From positions 32,001 through 96,000 of the IMG/VR virus record IMGVR_UViG_3300020473_002209: 64,000 bases of DNA. One strand, 5' to 3'. Numbering within the stretch: position 1 is the stretch's first letter; the number at the start of each line of letters is the position of its first letter. The notes beneath the pieces are model-generated. The model was not told the origin of the DNA, made no database searches, and was given only the letters and a program-made list of their open reading frames with translations. Below are positions 19,701 through 29,602 of the stretch, in pieces. This DNA is from a virus. The translations under genes and the position numbers were made by a program.

Positions 19701-22320
19701 AATTGGAACGATGATGATGGCCGCTCTCGGTCTTGGTGTCCTCGCGATAGGAGCGTTTGCAGCGTCTCTTGCTGCGAAGGCTTTTGCTTTCGGTCTATCA
19801 TTCTTCGGACCCGGTATGGGTGGCGCACTTCTTGGTAGCATCTTCTTGCTTATTGGCGGTGTCCCGTTTATGTTCGCCGTGCAGGCCTTTAGCGAAGCTA
19901 TTGCCGGTATAAAATTTAAGCCTGTGGCTAAGGCAATGCTCTCGCTGGTCATTCTGGCGGGAGCTGCGGTTTTGGTCGCGTGGATCTTCTCCGCAGGCAT
20001 TGGCGCATTTGCAGTAGGTATTGCAGGCGCCCTCATCGGCATGATTTTTATGAAAGTGCTAGGTGGTCATTTCATGCCTGCGTTAAAAGCAGCCTCAGAA
20101 GAAATTCCTGATGACATGAAAGGTCTAGCGATGAATTTCTTACAGCTGGCGGTCATGTTGCTACCAGCTATTGCTTCTGCGTGGCTACTCGGTGCAGGCA
20201 TCTCGGCATTCATAATGGGTACAATCGGTGCAATCACTGCGATGGCATTCTTTTGGTCGCTGGCTCTTTTTGCAATGCCTGCGATAAAAAGCGCTGCTGA
20301 AACATTCCCTGAAAATATGCAGCAGTCTACAATAGACATGGGTCTACTTGCGATTATGCTCGGTGCAGCAGCTCTTGCTGCGTTGGCTTTTTCATACGGC
20401 GCAGTATTTTTTGTAATAGGAGCACTTGGCGCAGTTACGTCGGTACTATTCTTCGCAGCTTTATCTAAGACGTTCTTGCCAGCGTTTAATAAGTTTATGA
20501 GTAAAGCTGACACTGGCACTATTCTTGAAGGTGCGAAGGTTATGGTCGCGCTAGCGACGGTGATGGTCGCAGCAGCTCTAATGGCTACGCTATCATTGGT
20601 CATGCTAATTTTCGCTAACCCAATCGTTCTATGGCTAGCAAAGAAGGGTCTAAAAGGAACAGCAAAATTTCTTAATGCGCTTGTAGAGCACTTAGGACCA
20701 GCTATTACAAAATTGTCTGCTATGAAAGTAGGTGACCCGTCGCAGCTGAAGAAGCTTGTAGAAGCTATTGCATTAATCCTTGAAGCACTAGGCAAAAATG
20801 TTGATATTGTTATAAAAGTCGCAATGATCCAGGGGTTCTCAAACATGTCCGGTAGCGAGCAGAATATTTTAGCAGATGCTGAAAGTTTTATGACAGCTAT
20901 GTTCGAGGGAATGAAGGGCCTACTTAACACGCTTAGGGCTATGGTCGCCGGTATGAAGGCTGAAGATATTGAGAAGATGGAAGCCATTGGTGGATTGCTT
21001 GGAGCTATTGGTACCCTAATGGAGGCTCTCCAACCCCCACCCGCGCTGATCGACGCGATGGCTGACATGGGCAAAGGCGGTTTCTTTAAGAAAGCGAACC
21101 CGAAAGGCGCAGCAGACATGATGAAGCAATACGGCGCTACAATGTCTATGATTCTTGAGTCAGTGAAAGCTAATATTCCACCAATGATTAAAGAGATCTT
21201 GGCCATTGATATTGGAGATGACCCCAAGCTAGCTGAGGCAAAAGCCAAGGTTGTTGGTGAAGCGATGGGTGGAGCCGCTAAGCTTGTAGAGGCAATCGGT
21301 GGTATCGCCCAGCTCTTCATGGAGCAGAACCAGAGTGAGCAGAGCGGGTTCTTTAGAAAATCCGGTCCAACGATGGCAGACACCCTTGCTTCTATGAGTC
21401 CAGTATTTGATTATATTTTTAAAGCGATCAAAGGTAACCTACCAGGTATTGTCACAGCAGTTATAGAAGCTGTGCCTGAAGGTATCGATGCAAAAGCCGC
21501 GGAAGCCAAGATCGCAATTGTTGCAGGAGCCATGGAAGCTGTTTCAAACTTTGCTTCTGCCATCGGTACTGTCGCTGAGCTAATGCCTCCCGCCGGTGGG
21601 AGCTTCTTTAAGAAGGGTAAGACGATGGCGGAGCGCTCTCAAGAGATGATGATGATCGTTAAGAGCGTTGTGAACGCAGTCCGTGCGTACTTGCCGCCCT
21701 TGATCAAAGCAGTGCTAGATATCCCGATTGAGGGTGATCCAAAAGCGAATATGGCGAAGCTTGAAGTGATTGGAAAAGCCATGGGTATTGTTGCAGACTT
21801 CGCTAATGTTGTCGGCCAGTTAGCCGGAATGTCAGCGCCTGAAGATATATCCTCAATGATGGGTGGGTGGATCACAGCGATCCAGGATGCGCTTGTTGGT
21901 GGTGATGCAAACATGAATACGTTCTTCACAACACTTGGTACATTCAACTACGATGAAGCTGCGGTAGGAAAGCTTGACGGTGCAATCTGTACCATAAATA
22001 AAATGGCTGAATTTGCGACTGCGCTTGGAAACCTCCAGGTAATCGGCGCGGAAGGCGGCGGACTCGGAGCCGGTGTTGCAGCTATGGTTGCAGAAGTTAA
22101 TGCTGCGCTAGTCGCATTAAGTACTCTTGAGGCCATCGACGCTAACGTGGCATTAGAGAACTTTGCTGGTGCAATTGGTAATGGTGGTGGAGAATTTACG
22201 ATTACGAATGAGCCTGTTCAGATTACAATCAATATGAACGTTACAATGGATGCGAACAAGGTTGGTAAAGTCCTGGTTGATAAGTCAGTTATGACGTCGC
22301 CACTGGCTGCAGCTGAGTAG
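16762..22320 (+). CDS. Tape measure protein
   Basis: 1852 aa, A/G/M-rich and helical with a long hydrophobic central region; follows the chaperone genes; ATACTTA at 16721. Confidence 0.85.
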   Translation: MADDTKEAQAQLDIQNQINQVLAERAGILDAQAKQLSGQVQLAAELCKALECKDLEQVSSRLEEINSGLKDAANNASSFSSAGGAIQQSMDQGGVATQSAMSKVSDFVNELDTTKVAAAGAAVGISKGMKSAGASIQMAAASAIQMAKNLAAVGKSIISMPFKMLGGLTDMAAAGGGGVSALRQEMEKVRGEFGDLATGEGKAVMDGFSDLTSASGALAQSGLNVSQVFGRGSAGMAAALAAVSEIAQEAGSSFHMLSESIAANAGQMVMMQKGLGMTNASLVEMTRQAQLAGKDVGEMLTETASMAIKMGDKFGISAKTMGKNMASLTENFESLGKMSTKQLGATAAYMAKLGLEAKDLQGIVDGFDNFEDAAASAGQLNQAFGMQIDAMEMMNEQDPAARMDMMRDAFHQTGKSVEDMTRQEKALLAEQMNLSVSAMENALAAENQGVSYSELSEGAEDAEEEALTQEQAMSKLADSIEKMTEGGGQGVQGFFDAFSKGFMKGLKDSKAFQDVLKAIRKALKIVFQFGKQVGKMFADLMGEMGVWEGIKDLFDPKDLRNLLGINEKGGLTGTGLLGIFKKFKDALSGKGTYSPQQMAEDMGKEFSNFFSAKGPAFSKLKEAFAKGIQMIGAVIAGLIPFVLGKLTDMMNGMADALRNPSGLGDAASSGIGGAIIGALMQIGDALMAALPSLIAGILNLLSAAAMNPTVWKVAGAYFGFMIMKSLLMGAIMAAKAALFQVVVGKISSLMTGATDKAAAGAEKGGKSGQKMGKAFKKGMSNMAKGLKSFVQKIAEIKPGDIMKAMINMTLMALSFLPAMVVFALGLVAVAAVLSLVKFSTLVKGLVGIAMGAVALQFVANAAMLIQPSLILPAIVGLLAGSLLLVVGGVAFTLAMGVIGMAVQTVGVGTIMAGALGLASLAIGSIAVALALIPFSILGLLAPLAILAAHGLQIGAWMLAVGGVAFTEAVGAIGNAVKSVGIGTMMMAALGLGVLAIGAFAASLAAKAFAFGLSFFGPGMGGALLGSIFLLIGGVPFMFAVQAFSEAIAGIKFKPVAKAMLSLVILAGAAVLVAWIFSAGIGAFAVGIAGALIGMIFMKVLGGHFMPALKAASEEIPDDMKGLAMNFLQLAVMLLPAIASAWLLGAGISAFIMGTIGAITAMAFFWSLALFAMPAIKSAAETFPENMQQSTIDMGLLAIMLGAAALAALAFSYGAVFFVIGALGAVTSVLFFAALSKTFLPAFNKFMSKADTGTILEGAKVMVALATVMVAAALMATLSLVMLIFANPIVLWLAKKGLKGTAKFLNALVEHLGPAITKLSAMKVGDPSQLKKLVEAIALILEALGKNVDIVIKVAMIQGFSNMSGSEQNILADAESFMTAMFEGMKGLLNTLRAMVAGMKAEDIEKMEAIGGLLGAIGTLMEALQPPPALIDAMADMGKGGFFKKANPKGAADMMKQYGATMSMILESVKANIPPMIKEILAIDIGDDPKLAEAKAKVVGEAMGGAAKLVEAIGGIAQLFMEQNQSEQSGFFRKSGPTMADTLASMSPVFDYIFKAIKGNLPGIVTAVIEAVPEGIDAKAAEAKIAIVAGAMEAVSNFASAIGTVAELMPPAGGSFFKKGKTMAERSQEMMMIVKSVVNAVRAYLPPLIKAVLDIPIEGDPKANMAKLEVIGKAMGIVADFANVVGQLAGMSAPEDISSMMGGWITAIQDALVGGDANMNTFFTTLGTFNYDEAAVGKLDGAICTINKMAEFATALGNLQVIGAEGGGLGAGVAAMVAEVNAALVALSTLEAIDANVALENFAGAIGNGGGEFTITNEPVQITINMNVTMDANKVGKVLVDKSVMTSPLAAAE

Positions 22321-22328
22321 GAGTCAAG

Positions 22329-22574
22329 ATGAGTGATGAAAAGAAAATAGAGATTGATCTAGAAACCGAAGAGCCAGAAGAAGATGAAGAAGAAATCAAT
22401 CTAGAAGACTTCAGCGAAGATGAGCTAAAGGCAGCTAATGAGCAAATGCGAGAGTATTGGGAAAACGCTTTTACGCCAGATGTTGCAGATCTTGAAAAAA
22501 AGATTCACGCTCTTGCCTCCGATAATGCGTTTATGAGTAAATTTATCACCAGAATACTTAAAGAAGTGGAGTAG
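22329..22574 (+). CDS. Hypothetical acidic protein
   Basis: AGGAG RBS; tightly packed between neighbouring genes. Confidence 0.6.
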   Translation: MSDEKKIEIDLETEEPEEDEEEINLEDFSEDELKAANEQMREYWENAFTPDVADLEKKIHALASDNAFMSKFITRILKEVE

Positions 22575-22580
22575 CTTTAG

Positions 22581-25500
22581 ATGAGTACCGATGACATAAA
22601 TGGCGAAACCTATACCCCCGAAGGAACGGGGCCAGATGGTCAAGTTGTCATTGGTGATGACCTCAAGGAGGAAGCTCGCGAAACGCTGGCGTCCTATTTG
22701 AGCTCTCTTACAACAGACCCCCAAAATCGAAATGCGTTTCCTGTAGACCCAGCTACTCCCCTCAATGAATTCTCTCTTCGTCAAGCAGATGGTACCCCTT
22801 CAGAATTTACCACAGGGGGAAATGACGGGACAGAAGGGTTCACAGACACGATGCCAGAGGGAGATACTTCATCTGCTGCAGCTGTCGCAGTTTTTGAGAC
22901 CCTTAGTAATTCTGGGAAATTTAATCCGGGTATCGGAGATTGGTTAGATAAAAATACTCAAGAAGACGGTCATAATTTGCTTCGTGATGTTGCATCGACT
23001 TTTGAGAACAATGAGCCCGGAGTAGGCGATTCGTCAGGACAGTCATCATTCCCAAACCCGTCAGGCGCAACCCCGATGCAAGCGAAGATATCTCAAGTCT
23101 TGCAGGACACAAACCGCTTTGATCCCATGCCGACGACACCGTACATAAAGGATAATGAATTCTCTGAGCCTGGTATTCCCGTTGAGCAAGGTGCGTATGG
23201 TATCTATGATAAAGATGCAGATAGAACCAGTATTAAAAACATGCAAAGGATCGCGTACTCTGCGCTTATGAGACAGACCGGTCACAATATGGGCACGGCT
23301 CAATCTCCAATCAGCGCCGCTGCACAAACCGCCGCGTTGCTCCCCAACGGTGTACAGGTTGGTAGAAAGAAGGTTAGTACGTACAAGCTTAGACCAGTAT
23401 CAGCGTATGCTGCACCAGACCGCCCGCATGTGGTTGATGGTCACCTCGAATATAGTGATATTGATGGTTCGCCTCTTTCTTCTCAAAAGAGTTTTGGCGT
23501 ACTTAATAACCCATTTGAGCCTTTTGCATCTGCACGCCCTGGTGCAGCATTGTCTCAAATGACTACTGCTGCCATGGCATTCGCAGAAATATTAGTGGCT
23601 GCAGCCGTATTCGGTGCAATAATGACGGTTATTCAGACAGCAGCAGCCTCTACTTCAATTGAGAAAAAGCCGAGCCAAATGAAAAAAGGGCAATACAGGA
23701 TTGCGTCCGGTACTGCAAAGCTGCTTAAATTAATGGGGGTACCAGAGACGAACCAACCTATGTGGCGCTGCGTGTGTTATGGAATATTGGCATTTTTCAA
23801 GATAGCTCCTTCATCTGTTCCATCTATCCCCTCCGGCGGCGGCGGCGGTCCAGGACCAATTGCTCTGTGGTGGTCTGCTGTTCTTTTAGGTTCTGGTGGA
23901 AACATTTATACTCTTTTCACTTCTGCGATGAAGAGTCATGGTTATTATGCTACGATTCTGAGAAGCGTAAGAAGAGACTTGGAGCAGCTGTTGAGCGATT
24001 TATCGCCGACAGACCCTCCATCGATGTTTAATACCATCATGCATCTCAATGACTATTCTTCATGGAGGTTCATGTGCGCTTTAGCCGTGATGGGTGATCG
24101 GTTCTTAGATGCGAAGACCAAGAGGTTCGCTATCGTTCCCTCGATATCGGGTATGCCAATGAACGGACAAACTCGTCAGGGAAAGAGCAGAGCGTTTGGT
24201 GGTCAAATGAGGTTAGCTTGGCGCCACCGTGGTGTACCTTCATTGGTCTTGCTTCCACAGAAATATGCAAATGCTTATTCGCTATACGGCTTTATGCCGG
24301 GATACGCTAGAAAGAATATGCACGTGATAGGTGATAAGACAAATTCTCCTGGACAATATTTTAATAATCATGGGCCCGAAGAGATGGGACTCCCTCCAGG
24401 AACGCCAAGCCAGCGTAGGCGAAAGGTAATCCAGCGCGACACCCACCGGTTGACGACGGAGGATGTAACACAAATAGAGAATGAATTAGACTCCGAATAC
24501 ATGCCGTTTTATTTTCACGATTTGAGAACGAACGAAGTCATCGCATTCCAGGCATTTATAGAAGATGTAAAAGATTCATATTCTGTTAGTTATGCAGAGT
24601 CCTCTGGTTACGGTCGAATTGATCCGGTTCGTATATATCAAAACACTTCTAGAACTATTTCCGTTTCATGGGTGATGGTAGCAACAGGGCCAAAAGACTT
24701 CGATTCGATGTGGTGGAGTATCAATAAATTGGTCTCAATGTGTTATCCACAGTTTTCGATGGGTAAGCCAGTGAAGGCGGGTTCGAAAAAGTTCGTTATG
24801 CCATTCTCTCAAATTCCAACTGCTTCCCCGCTCATCCGTCTCCGCGTCGGTGATGTAGTACGAAGTAATTACAGCAGATTTAACCTCGCTAGAATTTTTG
24901 GTATGTCTGAAGCGATACCTGCTGCGTCAGCTTACGCGTCTCCGAGCGGCACGACAATCGATGATACCAATAGGGCAGAGTGGGAAGGCGCTCCATTCGA
25001 CTTAACATACATGGAAGAAGCCGAAGCAGCAGTTGAGATGGCAGAAGCCGCCGCCGAAGCAGCAGGTGCATCAGTAGAGTTATCCATAGATTTACACGTA
25101 CTCTTTGAACCAACCGAGCATGCCGACATGGATGCTGGTTACATCCCATGGGATACTAGTGGGTTAGGCCTCGGCGTCGCAATGCTGCAGGCTAATTCTG
25201 AGGGTTATACAACATACGATATGGACGAAAGCTGGACTCACCCTGGTACACCATACCCTGTTGGTGATTGGGCAACATTTTTCCCGCCACCCACTGCTAC
25301 GTCGGGGATCAATATTGAAGATACCCCATTTCTTTCTAGAACGCACGCTGACATGAAAGTACAGATTCTTGCTAGAAGAGTTTCAGATGAGTTCGGTGAT
25401 TTCGTTGATGGTTCTCCATGGGGAGATGGCGATGATCCGATGAATACTGAGACTAGCGTAAATGAAGACCTCGTCGAAGCCGGCCAATACGCAGAGTACC

Positions 25501-26123
25501 TTGTAACTCCGGTAGATATTGACGATCCTGGTGATCCATGGGGCCCTGTAAGCGCAAAGATGCATACTCATGCGTATGTTGTAACGTCTGTAGACATGTA
25601 TCCAATTTATCCAGACCCACCCGAACCAACAGTGCCGCCTGTAAATGTTACTCTCGAAGAACAGGTGTTTGATATATATGACTTCTTCCGGCCTGATAAA
25701 AACGCTGTTGTAAGATCTTTTGAATCAGCAGGGGGTCGAGGTCTCGCAGGAGTTATAACAAGCTTCGATATGGACTGGAAAGATTCAATGTGGGACATGA
25801 GAGATATTAGCAGAAGAGCGCCCACGATGATCAGGTGTAGTATTAATTTTAGTCCAATCCACGATATCGTTCCAGGCCTCGACAACAACGGCGCAATGCG
25901 CGCGTACAACTATCCTGTTGGAAAAATCAACAGCGGTATGGCAGAAGACTTCTACAGTCCCGGCGCGGGTCGGACAGTGCCTGGTGGCCGCATGAGCGTT
26001 CATCGTGGTACGTATGTCGATGATGATGCTAACATTGATACAGTCGAAGGGTTCAAGGATACCGTTACAGACGGTTACGGCGCTGGTGGCGCCGGTAGTG
26101 ATCCGACGGGCGGTACCCCATAA
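22581..26123 (+). CDS. Baseplate/tail-tube initiator-like protein
   Basis: FQAFIEDVKDSYSVSY...YGRIDPVRIYQNTSRTISVSW and PLIRLRVGD...GVITSFDMDW motifs of tube-initiator-like domains. Confidence 0.6.
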   Translation: MSTDDINGETYTPEGTGPDGQVVIGDDLKEEARETLASYLSSLTTDPQNRNAFPVDPATPLNEFSLRQADGTPSEFTTGGNDGTEGFTDTMPEGDTSSAAAVAVFETLSNSGKFNPGIGDWLDKNTQEDGHNLLRDVASTFENNEPGVGDSSGQSSFPNPSGATPMQAKISQVLQDTNRFDPMPTTPYIKDNEFSEPGIPVEQGAYGIYDKDADRTSIKNMQRIAYSALMRQTGHNMGTAQSPISAAAQTAALLPNGVQVGRKKVSTYKLRPVSAYAAPDRPHVVDGHLEYSDIDGSPLSSQKSFGVLNNPFEPFASARPGAALSQMTTAAMAFAEILVAAAVFGAIMTVIQTAAASTSIEKKPSQMKKGQYRIASGTAKLLKLMGVPETNQPMWRCVCYGILAFFKIAPSSVPSIPSGGGGGPGPIALWWSAVLLGSGGNIYTLFTSAMKSHGYYATILRSVRRDLEQLLSDLSPTDPPSMFNTIMHLNDYSSWRFMCALAVMGDRFLDAKTKRFAIVPSISGMPMNGQTRQGKSRAFGGQMRLAWRHRGVPSLVLLPQKYANAYSLYGFMPGYARKNMHVIGDKTNSPGQYFNNHGPEEMGLPPGTPSQRRRKVIQRDTHRLTTEDVTQIENELDSEYMPFYFHDLRTNEVIAFQAFIEDVKDSYSVSYAESSGYGRIDPVRIYQNTSRTISVSWVMVATGPKDFDSMWWSINKLVSMCYPQFSMGKPVKAGSKKFVMPFSQIPTASPLIRLRVGDVVRSNYSRFNLARIFGMSEAIPAASAYASPSGTTIDDTNRAEWEGAPFDLTYMEEAEAAVEMAEAAAEAAGASVELSIDLHVLFEPTEHADMDAGYIPWDTSGLGLGVAMLQANSEGYTTYDMDESWTHPGTPYPVGDWATFFPPPTATSGINIEDTPFLSRTHADMKVQILARRVSDEFGDFVDGSPWGDGDDPMNTETSVNEDLVEAGQYAEYLVTPVDIDDPGDPWGPVSAKMHTHAYVVTSVDMYPIYPDPPEPTVPPVNVTLEEQVFDIYDFFRPDKNAVVRSFESAGGRGLAGVITSFDMDWKDSMWDMRDISRRAPTMIRCSINFSPIHDIVPGLDNNGAMRAYNYPVGKINSGMAEDFYSPGAGRTVPGGRMSVHRGTYVDDDANIDTVEGFKDTVTDGYGAGGAGSDPTGGTP

Positions 26124-26140
26124 TGAGGAGAAATTAGCAT

Positions 26141-26437
26141 ATGCCGATAAATCGATACCAGAGAGCTCCGAAATTAAGGCTCGGAAAATTTTACGGGACG
26201 TGGGATGCTTGCTACATAATATCTGTTGCAGTCGCTTCTGGCAAAATATCCTGGAAGGGCCACGTAACTGTAGAGGCTGAGCGTCTAGACATTATTGCTG
26301 GCGATATGTACGGTGATGGTACACTGTGGTGGGTGATCGCAGGTGCAAGCGGTATTGGGTGGGGATTGCAGGTTCCACCAGGCATCTACCTTAAGATTCC
26401 TACAGACATAGGCCAGATTCAAGCGTTATTAGGATGA
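26141..26437 (+). CDS. LysM-like baseplate wedge protein (gp53/tail X-like)
   Basis: ERLDIIAGDMYGDGTLWWVIA...G.YLKIP. Confidence 0.75.
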   Translation: MPINRYQRAPKLRLGKFYGTWDACYIISVAVASGKISWKGHVTVEAERLDIIAGDMYGDGTLWWVIAGASGIGWGLQVPPGIYLKIPTDIGQIQALLG

Positions 26438-26440
26438 TAA

Positions 26441-29400
26441 ATGGCTGTTTACGATGATAAATTAGCAGACATTGTAGATAAGCTGGGAAGATACTGGTCT
26501 ATCGTTTCAAAAGAAGACTTTATGGCTTTGCTTGCCTTTGGTGGAGACGATGCAGTGGGCTCTTTTGGGACAGTTGATCTTGATCCCACTCCTGAAATGC
26601 ATAAGGTAATCCGCGCGTTCACTAATTCCACAGAGGGTGGGGTCACAATGATGCAAGCAATGCAAGCGCTCATCGATGCAATGAGCGGAGCAACTGCTGG
26701 AGAAGTCTCTGATATGGTAGACCTTGCGAAGCGCCTTTATCGGATAGTCGGTGAACCAGAAGCTTTCGACACGCTATTACTACCAACGGGCGTGGGATCA
26801 CCGACATGGCCGTCTTTTATTGGTTCGACATATTCTGCAAAAAAATGTATGAAGATTGACGAGGATGGAGAGGGAAAAATTAACGGCGCCTTTGCATCCC
26901 CAACGAAATACACTCCCAATGTTACAGCGCTCCAGGTCTTCAATCCAAAATTAACACCTGCAAAAAGAGATACTGGCGCCGCAGCGCTATGGATGAATTG
27001 TATACCCTCACTTGAATTAAGCAGGTGTCAACCATATCTTGATGTAACTGTTATTTCTCCCAAGAGCGGTGTCGCAGAAGACGGTAGAATTCAAACGATG
27101 GGCATGATGCAATTTTTATTGGGAACATCTCATCCTGTTGATAACACTGCAGATTTCTATATGGCAACTGCGCTCGATGGTTCTGCATTACATGACTTTG
27201 AGCAAGCGCAACAGACGATTGATGCTCAAGCAGACGCTCTCCCACCATCCGACCCGAACTCTGTTGATCCTGACTTTGAAGAACCTGAGATTGCAACTGC
27301 TGGTATGGAGATGTTTACCGCACCCCAGACAATGGTGCCGGTAATCGGAGACGGCCCGAATGCTAGAATGGAAAGGTATGAAGACTATGAAGCGTTTTCT
27401 CAAACACCGGGCTCTGCTCCAGAAGATCAGCCTGAAGTAGGTGGTCGCCGCGGCGCTGGAATAATCGATCCATTTCGACCAATGATGACAATCGAAGATT
27501 TCAGCGTGTCTGTTACACCCTCAAAGGGCTTTATGTCTCATGAGACAGCTGAAATATCTATGATCATGCACGATCGATCACGGCTAACAGAGATATCTGA
27601 GTTCGTGAAGCCTGATCTTTACGGTCACACAGAGCTGTTAATAACGTATGGGTGGTCTCACCCCGACCCGTCAGGTCATACCGACGCGTCTGGGAATGTA
27701 CAGGGAAACTTCTTTGGTACGTTTATAGATCTTAATAAGGTCAAGAAGAAATATATGGTTGTAAACAGCTCTTTTTCATTCGACGAAGTTGGACAAGTTA
27801 AGATCAAGTTAAAGCTTTCCATGAAGGGTTCTGGTAATATTGATACTGCAAACCTTAGCCAGGGAGAGGGCGTCGACAACATAATGCAGGCCCTGAAAGA
27901 CCTTCAAGACGCGATTAAAGTTATTAAAGAGCAGATTATGGCAGATGCAGAAGCTACAGGAGATTCTCAGTCTGCGAAAGATATGTTCGGAAACTCTTTT
28001 ATGTCAGCCGCTTCAGACACCAGTAAAGCAATGACTATGGATCAAGAGACCGCCGATGCTATTAAGTCATTTATTTCAGAGAACAGAAATTCTTCTAATC
28101 CTGCTCAAGAAGAGTTAGCAGACACGCTCACTGACATGTTTGGTAGCGACGGCCAGGGTGGTGTCGTTGCAGAAGCCAAAGCAACAATCGCTGATGCAGT
28201 AGCAGCAAAAATTCAGCACCTCGGTAATATGAGGGGAAGCAACAAAGATCCATTCGCTCGGACTGTTCGTGGCGCAGCAGGTAGCACCCAGTACGTTAAC
28301 GCAAGGTACAATGACGGCAAGTTTGTATCCTTCGGCGCGATGCTAATGTACATGATCGGCAAGCCGCTGGCTTCAACACGAAGATTTGATGAGATCCAAT
28401 TTTGCTTTTATCCAGTGAATGATAAGGCAAGCTATCTTTCAAACCTGACGGTCGCCGACATCCCTATCAGACTTGAAGACTTTAAGAAGAAGTTTGAGGA
28501 AGCTACAAAGACGACAGTCAATATGCCTTTGGGACGGTTCTTAAATTTCGTATCTAAAGAGTTCATTCAAAATCAAGCATCTTATGTGTATGGTCTTTGC
28601 GACCTGTTTGAAACAGACGAAGAAGGCAAGACCGAGATGAAGGAAGAATTCAAAGAAGATGCGACGAAATTAAACGATGAGAAAAAGAAGAGACTTGAAG
28701 ATGCGTATGGTGAGGGTGCAGATATAGCATTTAAGATGCCACGAATTAAGTTCGAGATGCAGGCTGTCCCGTGTAAGCCAGGTACTCACCCTAACGGTAA
28801 GAAGGGTACCATATTAAGGATCCACATATACGATACAGTATGTACTCCCTATACTGCGCTGCACAAGATGATGGGTGCCGCAAGAAGCGATTCTATTGGT
28901 TTAATGTCATCTGCAGCCGGCGGCGTCCCGGGTGAAGTAGAAGCTGCAGCGGGCTCATCGGACGGATGGGACTGCACACATCAGGAAGAATTTATCGAGG
29001 GCCTGGTCGCCGCAATCGAAGCAGGCCTATTAGAATGCGTTCCTCAAGCCAACTACGACGATTTTGAGTCTGGCGCCATAGACATAGAAGACTTTGTGGA
29101 ATCGCAATTTCGTGTCAAGGGCGGCTTCCCTGCGCTCAAAGATTTTATGATGAAGAGTATGCCTTCGATAATCTATGGTAGCTCAAATTCAGCTGTGCTT
29201 TCCGCAGATCTTTCTTCTATGAATAACCCAAAGCTGGCTTCTGTTAACATGCTTCGAGGTGGTATGGGCGGTGGCGACGGTCCTCAGGGGTCAAGAGACG
29301 CAGGGTTACCTCTCCAGACTGCTCCTGTATCGCTTTCACTTACAACTTACGGTTGCCCATTAATCGCGTATGGTCAGCAATTTTTCGTGGATTTTGGGAC

Positions 29401-29572
29401 GGGAACCACAATAGACAACACTTTCGTTGTGACAGGTATCGATCATTCGCTATCTCAAGGAAAATTTGAAACGAAGTTAAAAATGACGCAGATCGATGCA
29501 TTCGGTAAATACATCAGCATGATGGATAGCGTAAAGACTGCGTTGACAGCGATGTCAGATTCGTCATCTTGA
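26441..29572 (+). CDS. Baseplate hub-like protein
   Basis: Follows the LysM-like gene; C-terminal SLTTYGCPLIAYGQQFFVDF...FVVTGIDHSLSQGKFETKLK resembles hub (gp27/gpD-like) ends. Confidence 0.6.
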   Translation: MAVYDDKLADIVDKLGRYWSIVSKEDFMALLAFGGDDAVGSFGTVDLDPTPEMHKVIRAFTNSTEGGVTMMQAMQALIDAMSGATAGEVSDMVDLAKRLYRIVGEPEAFDTLLLPTGVGSPTWPSFIGSTYSAKKCMKIDEDGEGKINGAFASPTKYTPNVTALQVFNPKLTPAKRDTGAAALWMNCIPSLELSRCQPYLDVTVISPKSGVAEDGRIQTMGMMQFLLGTSHPVDNTADFYMATALDGSALHDFEQAQQTIDAQADALPPSDPNSVDPDFEEPEIATAGMEMFTAPQTMVPVIGDGPNARMERYEDYEAFSQTPGSAPEDQPEVGGRRGAGIIDPFRPMMTIEDFSVSVTPSKGFMSHETAEISMIMHDRSRLTEISEFVKPDLYGHTELLITYGWSHPDPSGHTDASGNVQGNFFGTFIDLNKVKKKYMVVNSSFSFDEVGQVKIKLKLSMKGSGNIDTANLSQGEGVDNIMQALKDLQDAIKVIKEQIMADAEATGDSQSAKDMFGNSFMSAASDTSKAMTMDQETADAIKSFISENRNSSNPAQEELADTLTDMFGSDGQGGVVAEAKATIADAVAAKIQHLGNMRGSNKDPFARTVRGAAGSTQYVNARYNDGKFVSFGAMLMYMIGKPLASTRRFDEIQFCFYPVNDKASYLSNLTVADIPIRLEDFKKKFEEATKTTVNMPLGRFLNFVSKEFIQNQASYVYGLCDLFETDEEGKTEMKEEFKEDATKLNDEKKKRLEDAYGEGADIAFKMPRIKFEMQAVPCKPGTHPNGKKGTILRIHIYDTVCTPYTALHKMMGAARSDSIGLMSSAAGGVPGEVEAAAGSSDGWDCTHQEEFIEGLVAAIEAGLLECVPQANYDDFESGAIDIEDFVESQFRVKGGFPALKDFMMKSMPSIIYGSSNSAVLSADLSSMNNPKLASVNMLRGGMGGGDGPQGSRDAGLPLQTAPVSLSLTTYGCPLIAYGQQFFVDFGTGTTIDNTFVVTGIDHSLSQGKFETKLKMTQIDAFGKYISMMDSVKTALTAMSDSSS

Positions 29573-29602
29573 ACATCTGTCATATTCCTATTAAATTGAC
29601 AG

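Noticed and set aside
20067-21383. 438-aa minus-strand ORF, plus other long antisense ORFs such as 541-1068, 40030-40668 and 62480-62977
   Set aside because: These are shadows of biased codon usage in well-supported + strand genes, with no RBS or recognisable motifs.
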